Assembly (NCBI GenBank): GCA_951406725.2
Contig: OX597818.1
Coordinates: forward strand, 12,524,001 to 12,588,000
Length of the DNA stretch: 64,000 nt
DNA from: Octopus vulgaris
Taxonomy: Eukaryota
Reading direction: 5' to 3'
Below are positions 12,971 to 27,155 of the stretch, in pieces. Position 1 is the first letter of the stretch; each line of letters starts with the position of its first letter. Below the pieces are notes generated by a model that was given only the letters and a program-made list of their open reading frames with translations, was not told the origin of the DNA and ran no database searches. The position numbers and the translations under genes were made by a program.

Positions 12971-13531
12971 AGTTTCTTTCCTGGCAGGTTGAGAAACCGT
13001 TTAGTCTGTCACACAGTGGCTCCTACACTCAGTGGATCCTTCATTCAGTGGCACTTATTCCTGTATAGTTGAACTAGATATATGTGCAAAACAGCAACGA
13101 ATTAGCAGAGACGTTAGAACATCCAATTGAATGCTTTGCAGCGTTTCTCCCGGCTCTCTACACACTGAGTTAAAATCACTCTGCGGTAAACTTTGCCTTC
13201 CGTTCTTTAGATGAGATACGTAAGTCACGGAATGGCATAAAAAAACCTGTACCATATGTAGACCTTAACTATTTTGATGGTGTGTTATGACTGGTTACTA
13301 TTGGATAATGTGTATCGTTTGCATTTCGATAGATTCCATTAAAGTATTATAGATAACATATACAAAAATAACAACGGTTACATGAGCTTCCGTTATACCA
13401 TAACACGATATAAGATAGACACAAGTAATAAAGACGGTATCAAAGCGAATTTTACTATTTCAAATTAAGTACAATAACAATAACAAAAACAAAAACAAAA
13501 TGAAGAATAAGACCTCCTCCTACTACTACTA

Positions 13532-13563
<32 letters not shown>

Positions 13564-13573
13564 ACTACTGCTG

Positions 13574-13643
<70 letters not shown>

Positions 13644-13689
13644 ATTATATCTAAATAGGTGTATAGTTGGTTGGTGGATAACACCAAAC

Positions 13690-14130
13690 TGTAAGGTATC
13701 CAAAATTTGCGGTGGTTGTGTACATTACAACTAAAAAGCAAAATGTTTTCATTCTTTACCAATCATGCAAATTTCTGTTCATTTCGGATAACTACGTCAC
13801 TCAGTATAACACTACACAACTTATTTAGTTAAATGCATGCTATTGACCAAATTAAGCAATATATTCCTTGGATCAATTTTAGTTATTATGCAAATGATAA
13901 AAGCCCCAATCTTTCGGTAGCATTTTCTGCTTCTAAAGTCATTACCGTCTAATGATGAATGCTGGCTTGTAAAGCAATTCTCTGTCTTATCTTGTTTGTC
14001 TGAAAAGATCACAAGATCCAAACCATCTGTAGTTTACCCCGAAACATGAAATTTATGATCAAACAATTATTCATAGATTTTGTACGTCGTCTGCCTATAT
14101 TTGATGCTGACAGGTAGTGTTAATAATGGC
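13690..14130 (-). pseudogene. Decayed CUB-like exon(s) candidate
   Basis: Acceptor ctacag|ATGGTTTGG; RKCYRKIGAF resembles NYCFRNRGF at 24000, with nucleotide similarity (gaaagattggggctttt vs gaaatcggggctttt). Confidence 0.3.
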
Positions 14131-14684
14131 AATTATTGACAGATATATATATAGTAGTATATCTGTCTGTATGCTTGGATGTATCTAGCTAGCTAGCTGA
14201 CTTTCTATCTATCTCTCCATATGTCTCTTTCTCTCTCTCTCTCTCTCTCAATATATATATATATACGCACACACACATGTAATTGTGTGTGCATATATGT
14301 GCCTGCTCGCGTACATGGATTTGCGTGTTGACAATGATTTCCTATAAAGGAACTAATGCTTGGCTGCCTATGTCCGTTGAGTTTAACATTGAAGCTCTGA
14401 GGTTTATGATGTTGTTTTTAAACGTACCCGTTTTGATTTAGTATTGAACGTGTTCCTCAGCATTCATGCTGCATTTCTATTTGTAATTATAATAACATGG
14501 GATTCCCTTGTTATCTCGTAGAGGAATACGTCTTGGTTCAAAATGTGTAGTCTTACTACATATTAAGCTAACGCTTTTTAGGATCTTATGATATAGTCGG
14601 ATCGCGATCAAAATCTTTTTTGGTTGTTAACAACACTAGACACACACCCATATCCAATATATATATATATATATATATAAAATA

Positions 14685-14987
14685 AAATACGAAATGGGAC
14701 AAGAACGCAAAACATCCGGATAAATAGGTGTTACAAAAAGGACAACAAAACACCCAGATAGACGATACAAAAAAACAAGGACGGGTCATTCGAAGCCTTT
14801 TATCCTCAGACAACAACCGGATCATCCTCGCAATTTCGGCTGATTAATCTTGAGATTGCTCCAATGTGGCCAGACCCAAGGAAAAATCTAAGAGCATTAG
14901 ATTCCTTTGCATCAAATGTATACGAAAACAAGGACGAAAAAGCAGACGATGTTACACGAATATAAATACAAAAATACAATAAAAATA

Positions 14988-15061
<74 letters not shown>

Positions 15062-15230
15062 GAGGACATAAGAACAGGCGTCCTTCGACTGGGGACGAAT
15101 TGAATTCAGCTGGCGTGTGTGGGAATGAAGACTTACGGCAAAGGTAAGAATATCGATGTGGCAGTGACCACAGTCAAACGCAAAAGGCCTAGCAGTCGGC
15201 CAATCGGTCACGTGAGAAGAGAAGAGAGAG
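14685..15230. repeat. Unclassified interspersed repeat with internal (AAT)n
   Basis: Complex non-coding sequence split by an (AAT)~25 tract and flanked by microsatellites; family not assignable by eye. Confidence 0.35.
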
Positions 15231-15700
15231 AAAAAGAGGAACAAGGGAATTAAGGAGGGGAGAAGAGAGAGAGAGAAAGAGAGAGAGAGAGAGGAAGCGA
15301 GAGAGTATTGGAGAAGCAGATAGACAGAAGAATCAAGGAGTGCCGAGAAAAAAAAAGAGACACAGAGATATAGTGAAGTGAAAAGTGAGTAAGAAAGGCA
15401 AAGAAATGTGTGAGAGAGAGAGAGAGAGAGAGAGAGGGAGGAGAAAGCAAGAACAAAACGTGAAAGGGTTGAAAAAGTCGTTCAAAATTTAGTGAAATAT
15501 TAGAGAACAAAGTGTACGTACGACGTTATATATATATATATATACACACTTCCACACATATAAACATAAACACACAAGCACGCATATATATATATATATA
15601 TATATAAGTTCAGCAAAATTTAGATTCAGATGAATATTGTACTTAAGTTAAAGGCACCACAATTTTGTATGGTATTATCCATATAAATCAAATGGGGTGA

Positions 15701-16065
15701 TTATAATCAAAATAAGCAACAAGGATATCCAAGATAGTGTAGTACAATCGTTTCATGCTACTTCATTTTATCAAACACTGTAAGTATTACATCAGTTTTA
15801 AAATGTCGAGCAATCTTCAGCCACATATGGAATTTCTTAATACACTTATTTCATTTGTCAACATTACAAAGTGGGTAGATATATAGACAGAGAAGAAATA
15901 AGTATAATAATGTGGATTGTCCGTTTAATTAAAAAAAATTCTATATGTGGCTGAAGATTGCTCGACATTTTAAAACTGATGTAATACTTACAGAGTGTTT
16001 AATAAAACGAAGTAGCATGAAACGATTGTACTACACTATCTTGGATACCCTTGTTGCTTATTTCG

Positions 16066-16071
<6 letters not shown>
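15701..16071. mobile_element. Inverted-repeat mini-element, both arms carrying an HHR motif
   Basis: Arms 15701-15835 and 15937-16071 are near-identical reverse complements. + arm: gtgg CTGAAGA ttgct..agcat GAAAC gatt GTA ctac. Confidence 0.75.
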
Positions 16072-16124
<53 letters not shown>

Positions 16125-16664
16125 TCGTAACCACTATTTATATATACACATTGCTACTGACGAAGCTACTTGCCTGATGTGCTGCGTAGTCGGATCGAAC
16201 ATGGAAGCACATGATTTCATAGCGAACATTTTAACAACACATCTATGCATGGGTGTTTACAAGTGGATTAATATGACTCTCAGAAGATAACTGTTTGATG
16301 CGCTGATGTTTTGGTTATTAATTTTTGGCTGGCAATCTGCAGCCAGTGTTAAATTTAGCTCAATTATATAGTAATTTGATATAATTATACACAACTCTAT
16401 TTGTTAGTATAAACAGAATGACAGGGGTGAACGCTGCAAATATGTTTATGCAGCTAACAGGAGATATCTGTATTATATTGTTTCTTTGCTATATTTTCCA
16501 AGTTGTCGAAGCTTCGTAATTTAGCTCGTCCGGGTTGTTAATTTTGATTTTGTTTAATTTCAGATCGGCCTTGAGACAAGTGACTTTTGACCGATGACAT
16601 CCTACCTGTGAACATCCCCACTAGTGTTTCACTGACAACATTATTCTATATCGTCTATCATTTA

Positions 16665-17085
16665 TCTTTTATTTGTTTTATTCATTAGACTGTGGCCATG
16701 CCGGGGCACCTTCTTCAGGAATTTTAGTCGCATGTATCGACTCCATTATTTATTTTTTTAAAACTCGATATTTATTCTGTCGGTTTCTTTTGCCAAACCG
16801 CTACGTTTCGGGGACAGAAACACACCAGCACCGGTTCTCAGTCGGTGGTGGGGTTGGATAAACACAAAGACACAAACACACACACGACTGGCTCCTTTCA
16901 GTTTCATTCTACCAAATGACTAATAAGGGTCTGGTTGGTCTGAGGCTATAGTAGAAGTCACTTGCCTTAGATGAGGCTATAGTAGAAGTCACTTGCCTTA
17001 GATGTTACGCAGTGGAACTGAATCCCAAACCATGAGAATAAGAAATAAGCTTCTTACTACACAGCTAAGTCTGTGACTATGCGCA
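16665..17085 (-). mobile_element. tRNA-derived SINE (family B), with internal 35-bp duplication
   Basis: Reverse complement matches the 41603-41970 copy (ggattcagttccactgcg..ggcaagtgacttctactatagcctc..gcatggccacagtc). Confidence 0.8.
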
Positions 17086-17229
17086 CATGCATATTTTCTT
17101 TGTTGAAATGCTCCTTAAAAGGGAGATGTGGCGGAGGTTGTTTAGTCATTGCTTGCTGTAAAAGACCTAGATGGTCCTTTTGAATTGACCTAGCAATTAG
17201 TAGTAATATTCTGGGGGTTATTTTAATCT

Positions 17230-17560
17230 ATAATGCATCTGACGGAAACAGCAGTCATGCCATTTATATATCAAGCTATTTTCGTCCTAATAAACAATGT
17301 TCCGAGCGCATTAAAATCAGATAAATTGCGCTAATAATGACTGCAAGCTTACACTGCTAAAGAACACAGGCAACAGAGAACACGGCACTCACATGAACAA
17401 CATGTGATCACACCGAAGGCACGAGTAAGTGCTCATACTGAGTGTGGCAGAAAAAGCTCCCGTATTTGAGTGGCTCTGGTGAAGTTTAGTAAGTTCATAT
17501 GGTTAAAGTTTTGCTGTCATTTCTCAGTTACCAGCTTGGATATGAACCGACGCACACCAA
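17230..17560 (+). pseudogene. Decayed CUB-like exon candidate
   Basis: YFRPNKQCSERIK / DCKLTLLKNTG / TCDHTEGTSKCSY across frameshifts. Confidence 0.3.
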
Positions 17561-18561
17561 GAGCTAGAGATCGAAAAGTTTACTAAGAATAGTGAATCTG
17601 GGAGGTATATACGTCGCACCCTGTTGTCGTGTGCATGCGATGAATGTATGTAATGAATGTAGAAAATGCCAGTGGTAGCACAATCCTTAGTAAGAAGACA
17701 TTTAGATTATTCTTAAACAAAGCAACAGACAAAAGAATTACTTTCTAGCATAAATAAGTATTTTCTAGTAACGTATAATCTACTATAACTGTAGAATTTA
17801 CACTTCAAACCCATGGAGTAAGAAACGTGATTTTGTGGGTTTTTTTGTTTGTTTTCAATTTACCTTCATTGATGCAATAGGAAGAAAGAATGAATATTCT
17901 CTCAAGGGCTTGAGGAATTATATTGTTAGTTTTCGCATCAGGGTTCTCCCCAGCAAGTCCTTGATATCATTATCCCATTTCCGTCTTGTCATTCGTGAAT
18001 CTGTTTTCCCTGATCACGGCCCCCGGGGATGCATGAAGAATTTCTGAGCCCTGATAAAATGATCAAAATAATGCATCATTTCTTGTTAGACCATCAGTAT
18101 TAGATTTCAGTCCGCTTCCATCTCTATCAGGAGAAACTTTCTACACGAAATGTAACAGATAATCATGAATATCTCCAGTCACTTAGTGTCAGCCAGCATT
18201 TACACACATAAAACCGGCTTCAGAGTACAACAGTTTTGATCAGACCAGGCTTTTAGAAGTTTCACTTTGGCGCTTTTGCTGAGGGCGTACATATCATTAA
18301 TTGATTTTGATCTGGTAGTTGGTGATTCGCTCACACACATTTCCGATCTTGCAAACCAATGAACAAAGTTATTTCAGTCGTGCGCTGCCCTTCATTTTCC
18401 AAGGCGAAGAATACCTACGGCCACATTAACTAACCTACTACTTTTTCAAGATGGCTGGGTGTGCCTTAACAAAAATTTGGCTGTCAATACTAGTATGTCG
18501 AGTGGAGACCCTGCATTTGTTTTTTTCGCGACTGTCCTACAAATCCAATGCAGCGTGGCTT

Positions 18562-18783
18562 AATTTAGGAACTTGCACCGATAACATCTCAATGTAGAAG
18601 TAATTCCGGTGGCGACTGAAATCTACTACCGGATTTTCACCACTATTCAAGACAACATCACAAAAATGCAGTCGCTATTGTTTTGAAATTTTACCTCTTA
18701 CATGTTAAATAAAAACACATCTAAATATATGACCGCCTCAACTCTGCGTGCATATATAAATATACATGCATCCATATATATAA

Positions 18784-18843
<60 letters not shown>

Positions 18844-19068
18844 ATATATATATATGGTATATATGTGTTTATATATATGTATATATGTATGTGTGCATGT
18901 AAATGTAAAGCTATATATATATGTCGTGTTTTTATTTAAGCTGTAATAGGTAAAATTTTAAAACAACACCGACTGTATTTTTACGATGTTGTCTCGATTA
19001 GTAGTAGATTTCAGTCGCCTGCAGAATTACTTCTACATTGTGATGTTATCGATGCAAGTTCCTTAAAT
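18562..19068. repeat. ~130-bp inverted repeat enclosing a (TA)n/(TG)n tract
   Basis: ggaacttgcaccgataacatc..ggcgactgaaatctactac (18562-18700) vs reverse complement at 18945-19068. Confidence 0.75.
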
Positions 19069-19109
19069 AGATATTTTTTCAGCTACTTGCCTCTATGCGA
19101 GATGGTTAT

Positions 19110-20334
19110 ACTATATCAATATAAACGTATAAATATGTGTGTATGTATGTCTACTACATATGTGGAAAGTCGGTGTGTGTTTGTGGCGTTGTTAGCTAAC
19201 TCATCCTACTACCTTTTTATTGATTTTGATGAAACTTGGCACATGAGTAGAACTCATGTCTGGAAACCTCGTGATATACTTAGATTGTTGAAAAAAATTG
19301 ATAATACGGCACCTGAATGGGACATTTATATCTACCTCATATAACTAATTTTTTAAACACCCAAGGGAAATAACACATAGCACCTGTACACTATTTTTAA
19401 AAACTCAAGGGAAATAACCTATTTCATTGTTTGTGTTCGATTACTTTGAATATTGATTTTTGTGTGTCCTATTTCTAATTTTTACAGACAATATCGCTTT
19501 TATACTTTATTTGACACGTGAGTAGAACTCATGCCCGGAAACCTCGTGACATACTTAGATTGTTGAAAACAATCGATAATAGGGCCTTTCCAATGGATCC
19601 TTCTATCTACTGCATATTACTAATGTTTTATTTAAACAACGCAAGGGAAATAACCCATACCACCTGCAGATTTTAGCGAAGTGATCAATATTTGATTCTG
19701 ACTATCAGCCGACCTAGTTCTCCATTTCACTGCTCATAGATTTGAACTGCTAAACATTATTATTGCACCTCCTTAATTTGAATCTTAAACATTTAAGACT
19801 TCATTCATACATTTCTATATACACACATGCCTTTTTGAATGCCCATTATTCCGATAATTCTGCATTTTTACGGTTACACTTTTTGCATGAAAGAAGATAA
19901 ATTTTTTATTCCACAACGTATTTGTGGTGGCTTCTTGCAGGTATCGCGTGGATTCGATCCTCGGTTGCCAAATTTCACTTAACACTTCAACAGCGCTCGC
20001 CTTTCTCATGGTAAAACAATTGTTTTTCTGTGAATGACAGCAGTTATTCATGTTCCAGATGCCTTCGATAAGCAGAATAATGTCTTTGCCTCTCGCCAAC
20101 CTCCGACAACCTCTCTCACAGGTCTCCGACAATCTTTCTCGCCAATCTCCGGAAAGCTCTGTCGCCAACCTCCAACAATCTCTCCCTCCTCCAGCTGACA
20201 GTCTTTTGTACGTTTTCGTGACGGAAAATACACATTTTGTGGCAGTTATAACGAAATTACTTTCTTATATCAGAGTAATAATGCGTTTCAATAGAACGTC
20301 TTTACCCCCGAGAATTACCGGGTACAACATCTAG
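19110..20334 (+). mobile_element. Non-autonomous Helitron-like element with internal tandem duplication
   Basis: 5' ctatatcaatataa..tgtgtg..gattttgatgaaacttggc; duplicated block ~19240-19400 / ~19515-19665; 3' hairpin cccg..cggg followed by CTAG|T at 20331-20335. Confidence 0.7.
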
Positions 20335-21300
20335 TATATGCATGTATGCGCATAACCTATTAAACCTTTATCCCTTATAAATTGATATTTATCTTGTTCG
20401 TAAATAGATGCTTTTCAGTTACTTAACTCTAGGCGAGACGATTATACTATATCCATATAAGCGTATAAATATTTGTGTATATGTATGTTTGCACATATAA
20501 AAATATGTTCGTGTATATGTACAGATCTTTATTTTTCCTGATTCGTGGCTTATAATTAATATATAGATAACATTTCTATCTTTCCAGGATTCCATAAGTA
20601 AATGTTCTGACCAGTCTTCATAGAAACCACCTAATAAGTAATTAATTAAGTACATGAATAACTATTAAACTGATTCTATGTAATCTTTCCTTTTCAATGT
20701 TTGTAACTGATATATACACACATTTTACCTATTTTGGTTACGATATAATTTTTGAAGATCTTACGTTTTATTTTTATAAAACATAACAATATTGCTTATA
20801 AAAATCACCCATAGTGCCCCAAGAAATAATTTCCTCTGTATTAACGTCCTAGGTTATATTAGCGCTTTGCCCCTTTAACTGGTAATTAACATCATAATTT
20901 AGTCTTTTTCTACCCAGCCTCCTTTTATAAACAGTTACTCTATATCCAATTGACGACTACTAATGTCTTCTTTCCTCCCCGAGGAAAAGGATACATATGA
21001 CAATATTTATGACCGTACCTAGACATGAACTTTCAACTTACTCTCGCCCTATATTCTAAACAGAGACAATCCTCTAGTCTTAGATTTAGTAGGTGATAAA
21101 GAGATAAACGAATTAGAAATGAATCACAGTCCTTTACAAGCTATAACCCCAATAAGCATCATGCGATTCTTGGAAGTGTAGTCTATTCTTAGACTACAAT
21201 AGCGACAACATGAACTTCTTCCATCTTCTTGCTTTGTTAAAGTATTTGAAAAACATTATATTAATGTGTCCAAATGGTTAAAATTTTATTTATTTATTTG

Positions 21301-21532
<232 letters not shown>

Positions 21533-21952
21533 GATGCACAAACGTATTCTATGTACGCACACACTAAAACGCACATACAACCAAGCACGCACATTCAATG
21601 AATGTCTGGTGGTCTCAGCTGAGAGGAGTAATGAATGACACAAATATGTTCTGAAGGCAGGTATATTCGATGTAATAGAACTCTATTGGATTTCTCTTCA
21701 AAACTCATCTTTCATTTAAGAAGGGAAATTGCTTCCCTCTACTTTTATTGAAGTTTAAAATCTATTTCACTATTCTACATTAAAAGTATCTTTCATATCT
21801 TGTGTAAATGAGACATTTCTAATTCAAGATTTTGAATAAAATAAATAAATAAAAATAAATGATAAATGATTAAAGTAAAGTGAAAGCTAATTTATTTCAT
21901 TTGAATCTATTATAGAAACAAATATTTGATTCGAATTATGAAATATAAATAA

Positions 21953-22294
21953 CCCTAGAGTAAAATCATTGTCGATATAACACATAAACTTATGTTCAAA
22001 AGCTAGCAACTGCAGTTTTCTGTCCAGGAAAGAAATCGCATTGTGTTAAAACGTACAATATATTTTACAGCTTGGCAAAACGTAATCGCTCCAGAAGCGA
22101 ATGCGAGAACGAGAGTTATGTATTTCGCTGTTTTTGAGACTTGTCAATGTCACATACCCGTGTGGTTTCCGAAACAAAATCGAAATCGACCGTCTAACAG
22201 TATATAGATATGATTCATACACAATAAACTGATTGGCAACGGTGCCGCGTATGCAGAATACAATAGGAATTCTGAAATAGAAATAGCTCAAGGG
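21953..22294. mobile_element. Possible piggyBac-type non-autonomous element
   Basis: (a)taa|ccctagag ... ctcaaggg|ttaa: short TIRs with TTAA-like flanks. Confidence 0.35.
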
Positions 22295-23444
22295 TTAAAT
22301 GTTTGCCTACATAACATACTGGTTTTAGTTCAAGAAAATCCTGTTGCTGTTTTTAGCTCGGGAAAATCCTATTGTAGGTGTATTGTATAACAAAAAAAAA
22401 AGAAGAAAAAACAGCCGCTTCTATTGCATAATTCGAATTTTGTTCTGCTTCAACTGAATGTGGATCTCACATTTTGGGAAAAATCAAAGCAGTTGTTATT
22501 CGTCGTCTTTATTACTGTTTTCCAGTAGAGTAACACGGAATCAGAAAATATGTTAATGCTTTGAAAAAGATCATAATAATACCGCTTCAAAACTGTTGTA
22601 AGCATTGTAGAACTGACTTTGAGCATTTTGTGTCGCAGTCCGTAGCGAAATAAACCTGCGGGCCAGTCACCACAAAAAAACAAACAAACAAACAAACAAA
22701 CAAGTTGCTGACACCACAAAGACACATTTTGTCCGATATACTAGGTTCCGATAAGATTCTTGTAGCAGATTTTGTAATGTTACAACAAGCATCATATACT
22801 TGGTGCTGACTTAGATTTGGAAAATCCATCCGCTGATACTTTCTTCCGTGTTCTACATATTTACCTTCTGAAGTTTGTGTATGTTTTACTCAATGTCATT
22901 GGAAAATGTCTGGCACAAGTTTAGTTCTTGTTGAGGGTGCTATGAGGCAGGAACAAAATCAATTACCTTGATTAAATTGAAGGTGAAAACGTTGAGCTTA
23001 AGGTCATGCTTGCAAATATATGCTGGTTCTCGAAAGCTTTTCTCTTGAAATCCTTTTCCATTTGAAGTTGCAGAGTTCTCAGCAACCAAGAATGTAAATC
23101 TCTGCTTCTGCGTCTTCTGTTCGTTTGTGCATATAACTAGGGTTAGCAGAAACAGCCGGAAGGAAGAGTGACAATTTCTTGAAGCTCTTCTGCTGCTATA
23201 TTATAATTTATTGCCTTTTGTAAAAAATCACTTAAGGCCTGCCTTCATCTCGTTTTGAAGAGTTATAATGCAGCATAACCTCTCATGTGCATCCTAGTAA
23301 ATATACTTAATGTAAATTACTGGAACCAACATCAAGTTCAGTGTATTATTTTAAAACATACATTGATAGGTACGGACGTCCTTGTATGAGACAGATTTTG
23401 AAGTATTTGAACAGCTCATGATACTTTAACGTGATATCTATCTT

Positions 23445-23832
23445 GCTTTTCTACTCTAGGAACAAGGCCCAAAATTTCTGGGGAGGGGGCCAGTCGATTA
23501 GATCAACCCCAGTACGTATCTTCCACTTAACTTATGAAAGGATGAAAGGCAAAATCAACATCGGCGGAATTCGAACTCCGAACGTACAGACAGACGAAAT
23601 ACCTATTTCCTTACTACCCACAAGGGGCTAAACATAGAGGGGACAAACAAGGAGAGAAAACGGATAAATCGATTACATCGACCCCAGTGCGTAACTGGTA
23701 CTTAATTTATCGACCCCGAAAGGATGAAAGGCAAACTCGACCTCGGCGGAATTTGAACTCAGAACGTAACGCCAGAGGAAATACCGCTAAGCATTTCGCA
23801 CAGCGTGCTAACGTTTCTGCCAGCTTGCAGCC
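23445..23832 (-). mobile_element. Family-A SINE dimer with 19-bp TSD
   Basis: TSD ttaacgtgatatctatctt at 23426-23444 and 23833-23851; two SINE bodies in tandem. Confidence 0.9.
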
Positions 23833-23929
23833 TTAACGTGATATCTATCTTTAACATTAAGATGAAGGGGAAAATGCTGCAGTGCTACTAAGTGAATATG
23901 GCTTCCTATATATGCTTCAAATTTAGGAC

Positions 23930-24175
23930 AGATGTGTTCTTTAGTTCTTTGTTTGAACCATCATTTGAAGTTTAACACATCAGAGAGATTGTAACAAATT
24001 ACTGCTTCAGAAATCGGGGCTTTTCATTGCCAATACAGTTAAAGTTATCCAATGTGGTGGATTGATTGTTGTATTTTATAAGTTGGTATCAACTGTTCTT
24101 TTATGAAAATATTGGCACCAAAGGAAATTATTTAGCAAGAAGAGTTTTATTGTTTGATGTTCTGCAAATATGTTG
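23930..24175 (+). pseudogene. Decayed CUB-like exon candidate
   Basis: cag|ATGTG..NYCFRNRGFSLPIQLKL..SWYQLFFYENIG; the Q..FYEN motif is shared with the 38650-39057 copy. Confidence 0.3.
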
Positions 24176-24189
24176 GGAAACAGATGATA

Positions 24190-24303
24190 GTCCGATGGAA
24201 CCAGCTCAGAAGAATAACGTGATCAACTAGTTCTAACCAGAGTGACGCACAGCAGCCATTCAAACCAAGGACATGTGTGTTGGAGTATTGTCCTGATGAA
24301 ACA
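24190..24303 (-). mobile_element. Mariner transposase fragment
   Basis: Minus strand FHQDNTPTHMSLV (mariner HQDNA.xH motif). Confidence 0.55.
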
Positions 24304-24305
24304 TC

Positions 24306-24427
24306 AGTTTCCCTATGCATTTAGTTTTGATATACCTTATATCCGAAAACCAGTTGGCACAAGACCTTGATATATACTGCTCTATATCTTAGAGTGAGAT
24401 TCTTTCGGATTTATGTTTTTTACAGAC

Positions 24428-24511
<84 letters not shown>

Positions 24512-26120
24512 TATAGTTTATTTAAAGCAGCAGAAAATTCAACAAGACCTGTTACTCTGAGTTTCCCGTTGCCGTTCATCGGACAGTTTTTGCATATATA
24601 AATATGTATGTATGTATGTATATAAATATATAAATATGTATGTATGTATGTACGTATCTATGTAAGTATACATAGTGGTTATACACTGATTACTTAGAAG
24701 AAATTATATCGCCTGATTACTTTCACCATCTTCTCCGCTTCCAGTATAAAATACTTTAAAAAATAAATTCAGTTCCACTTTTCCTACCTTCTATAAGTCT
24801 TTTTCCGAAAGTAACCAATGAATACAACGCCTTTTGCATCCCATGACCTTACCCCCAGATAAAATGACCTTGACTTCTTTGGAGCAGTATTATAGATGGA
24901 CGAAACTGAAGCCCTCCATGTTTTGCACTTTGGCGTTTTTGGTTCACATGGCATTTTTGTAATCTTTCACGGGGTCCACGTGCAGCATTCGTTCATCATG
25001 CGTTTTCAGTTGCTGCTTTGAATCTTGATTGGCAACATATTGTTCAAATGAGCGCCGCGTTTTCTGTTTGTACGAAATCTGTAAACTATATTCTTAGTTG
25101 CTGTCGTTATTGTTGCTACTCATCTGATTCTATTCTCTCAGATCAGTTGAATCAGATCATGGGTGTGGGGCATTATAGCTTGGTATTTTTTATGGAAATA
25201 CCATTTGTAGCGAAGGGCTCGTGAAATGGAAAACAGCATTTGGTTTTAGTCGTGATATAAACTCGCAAGAGAATATTTTATTCCCTTTGAAATCGATTAA
25301 AATTAATTGATACTTCAGAGGGTGATACATAACGAGAAACTTAGAAACGAAATGGATATGGAGAGAGGCTGAGGAGAAGAAAGAATTAGTAATAATGTAC
25401 AAGGAAGGAAGAGAGAGAGAGAAAGAAAGAAAGAACGACAATGAGATGGATGAACAATAAAAGAGCTAAAATGGATTAAGCTAATGGAGGGGAAGATGGA
25501 TTGGACGAAAATATAATGGCACTAAGAGACAAAAAGGAAATGGAAACTAGGTAAAATGAGGTGTTGATAATATCAACGTGAGAAATGTAGTGAGGAAAAA
25601 ATTTGAAAGAGACGCGAAAACGAGGTGTAAACATGGTATGGGGAAGGAAGAAAGACAGGGACAGTGAAGAAGGGAGAAAGGAACAGTAAGGGACTTAATA
25701 CTTGTTAAGTAATGACAGAGAAGATAAAAAGTGACAGATTAATAGATCGATAGAAAGAGGTAGAGGGAGTGTATGAAAGAGAAAGTGATGAGAAAGACTG
25801 TAAGCAGCAAAATACATGATAATGACAGACGGAAAGAAGGAAGAGAAAAATGATTACACAAACAGACGAACATTCTCGAACGCACACGACTACTGAAAGA
25901 CAAATACAGTCCCCCACTCTCTCTCTTCCCCCATCTCTTTCTTACTCTCACATACGCACACACGCACACTTATGTAAAATACCCGATTTATAGAAGGTAG
26001 GAAAAGTGGAACTGAATTTATTATTTAGGGTATTTTATATTGGAAGCGGAGAAGATGGTGAGAGTAATCAGGCGATATACTTTCTTCAAAGTAATCAGTG
26101 TATAACCACTATGTATACAT

Positions 26121-26218
<98 letters not shown>

Positions 26219-26398
26219 GCACGCACACACACACATACACACACACACATACATATATATGTATATATATATTGTCTGTAAAGAACATAAATCCGAAAGA
26301 AGCTCACTCTAAGATATAGAGCAGTAAGGTCTTGCGCCAACTGGTTTTGGGATCTGATGACATGCTATAAAGCTAAAAACCTTTAATTGATGGGAAAC
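24306..26398. mobile_element. 2.1-kb unit bounded by long inverted repeats (PLE-like)
   Basis: Arms ~24306-24800 and ~25985-26398 are reverse complements, each interrupted at the same point by a different microsatellite. The right arm ends in CTGATGA (26354) .. GAAAC (26394). Confidence 0.7.
24549..24586 (-). ncRNA. Minimal hammerhead motif in an ~80-bp insert within (TA)n
   Basis: ctgt CCGATGA acggcaacgg GAAAC tcaga GTA acag; stem I ctgt/acag. Confidence 0.7.
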
Positions 26399-26518
26399 CT
26401 AAGATAATACCGTAGACCGGCCTTCCTCATTTTTAATATATATATATATGTATATGTATATGTATGTGTGTGTGTATACATACATATAATCTATATATAT
26501 ATACAACTATATATATAC

Positions 26519-26600
<82 letters not shown>

Positions 26601-27155
26601 ACGTTATCTTCGGACTCATGAGTATATGCCAATTAGTGTGTTCGGTAAAGCACGTTTAGGTTTCCATTGAAGTCGATTAACAATTAATTGATACGTCAGA
26701 TGGTGATACATAACCAGAGAAAATAGAAACGAAGTAGATATGGAGAGAGGCTGGGATATATTTCCTCTGGATATATAAGAAATTGCATAATGTTGGTCGT
26801 ATAATAACTGATGAAAGAAACGGAAGATAGATTTAGCACTAGTCTTTATTTAATACGACGATCATTTCGACCCATCCTGAAACTGTCTGTAATAAGTAGG
26901 ATTTTGTGCATCTAAGTGTGTTGTATTAATATGAGAAGTTTGCGTCACATCATAAGGAAGGGGATGTCCTTCTAAATATTTAGGGTTCTACTAGGCATGT
27001 TGTTGACACACGCTGTATTTTGGGTATGACGGGCTATATTTATATATTTAATTCTTCTCTATATATGTACACATAGATATATATGTAACTATGCACACGC
27101 GCGCACACGCACGCACACACACACATACACACACATACACGCACACACACACACC

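Noticed and set aside
19815-20334. ORFs of 117 and 94 aa with short repeated motifs
   Set aside because: They arise from a degenerate minisatellite (ctcgccaacctcc..) inside a Helitron-like element; no Rep/helicase motifs.
22400-23250. Possible decayed DNA transposase on the minus strand (TFS*SRTK-like motif)
   Set aside because: A single weak motif with many stops; cannot be supported by eye.
26805-26830. ctgatgaaagaaac as a hammerhead
   Set aside because: No room for stem II and no GUH/stem I pairing.
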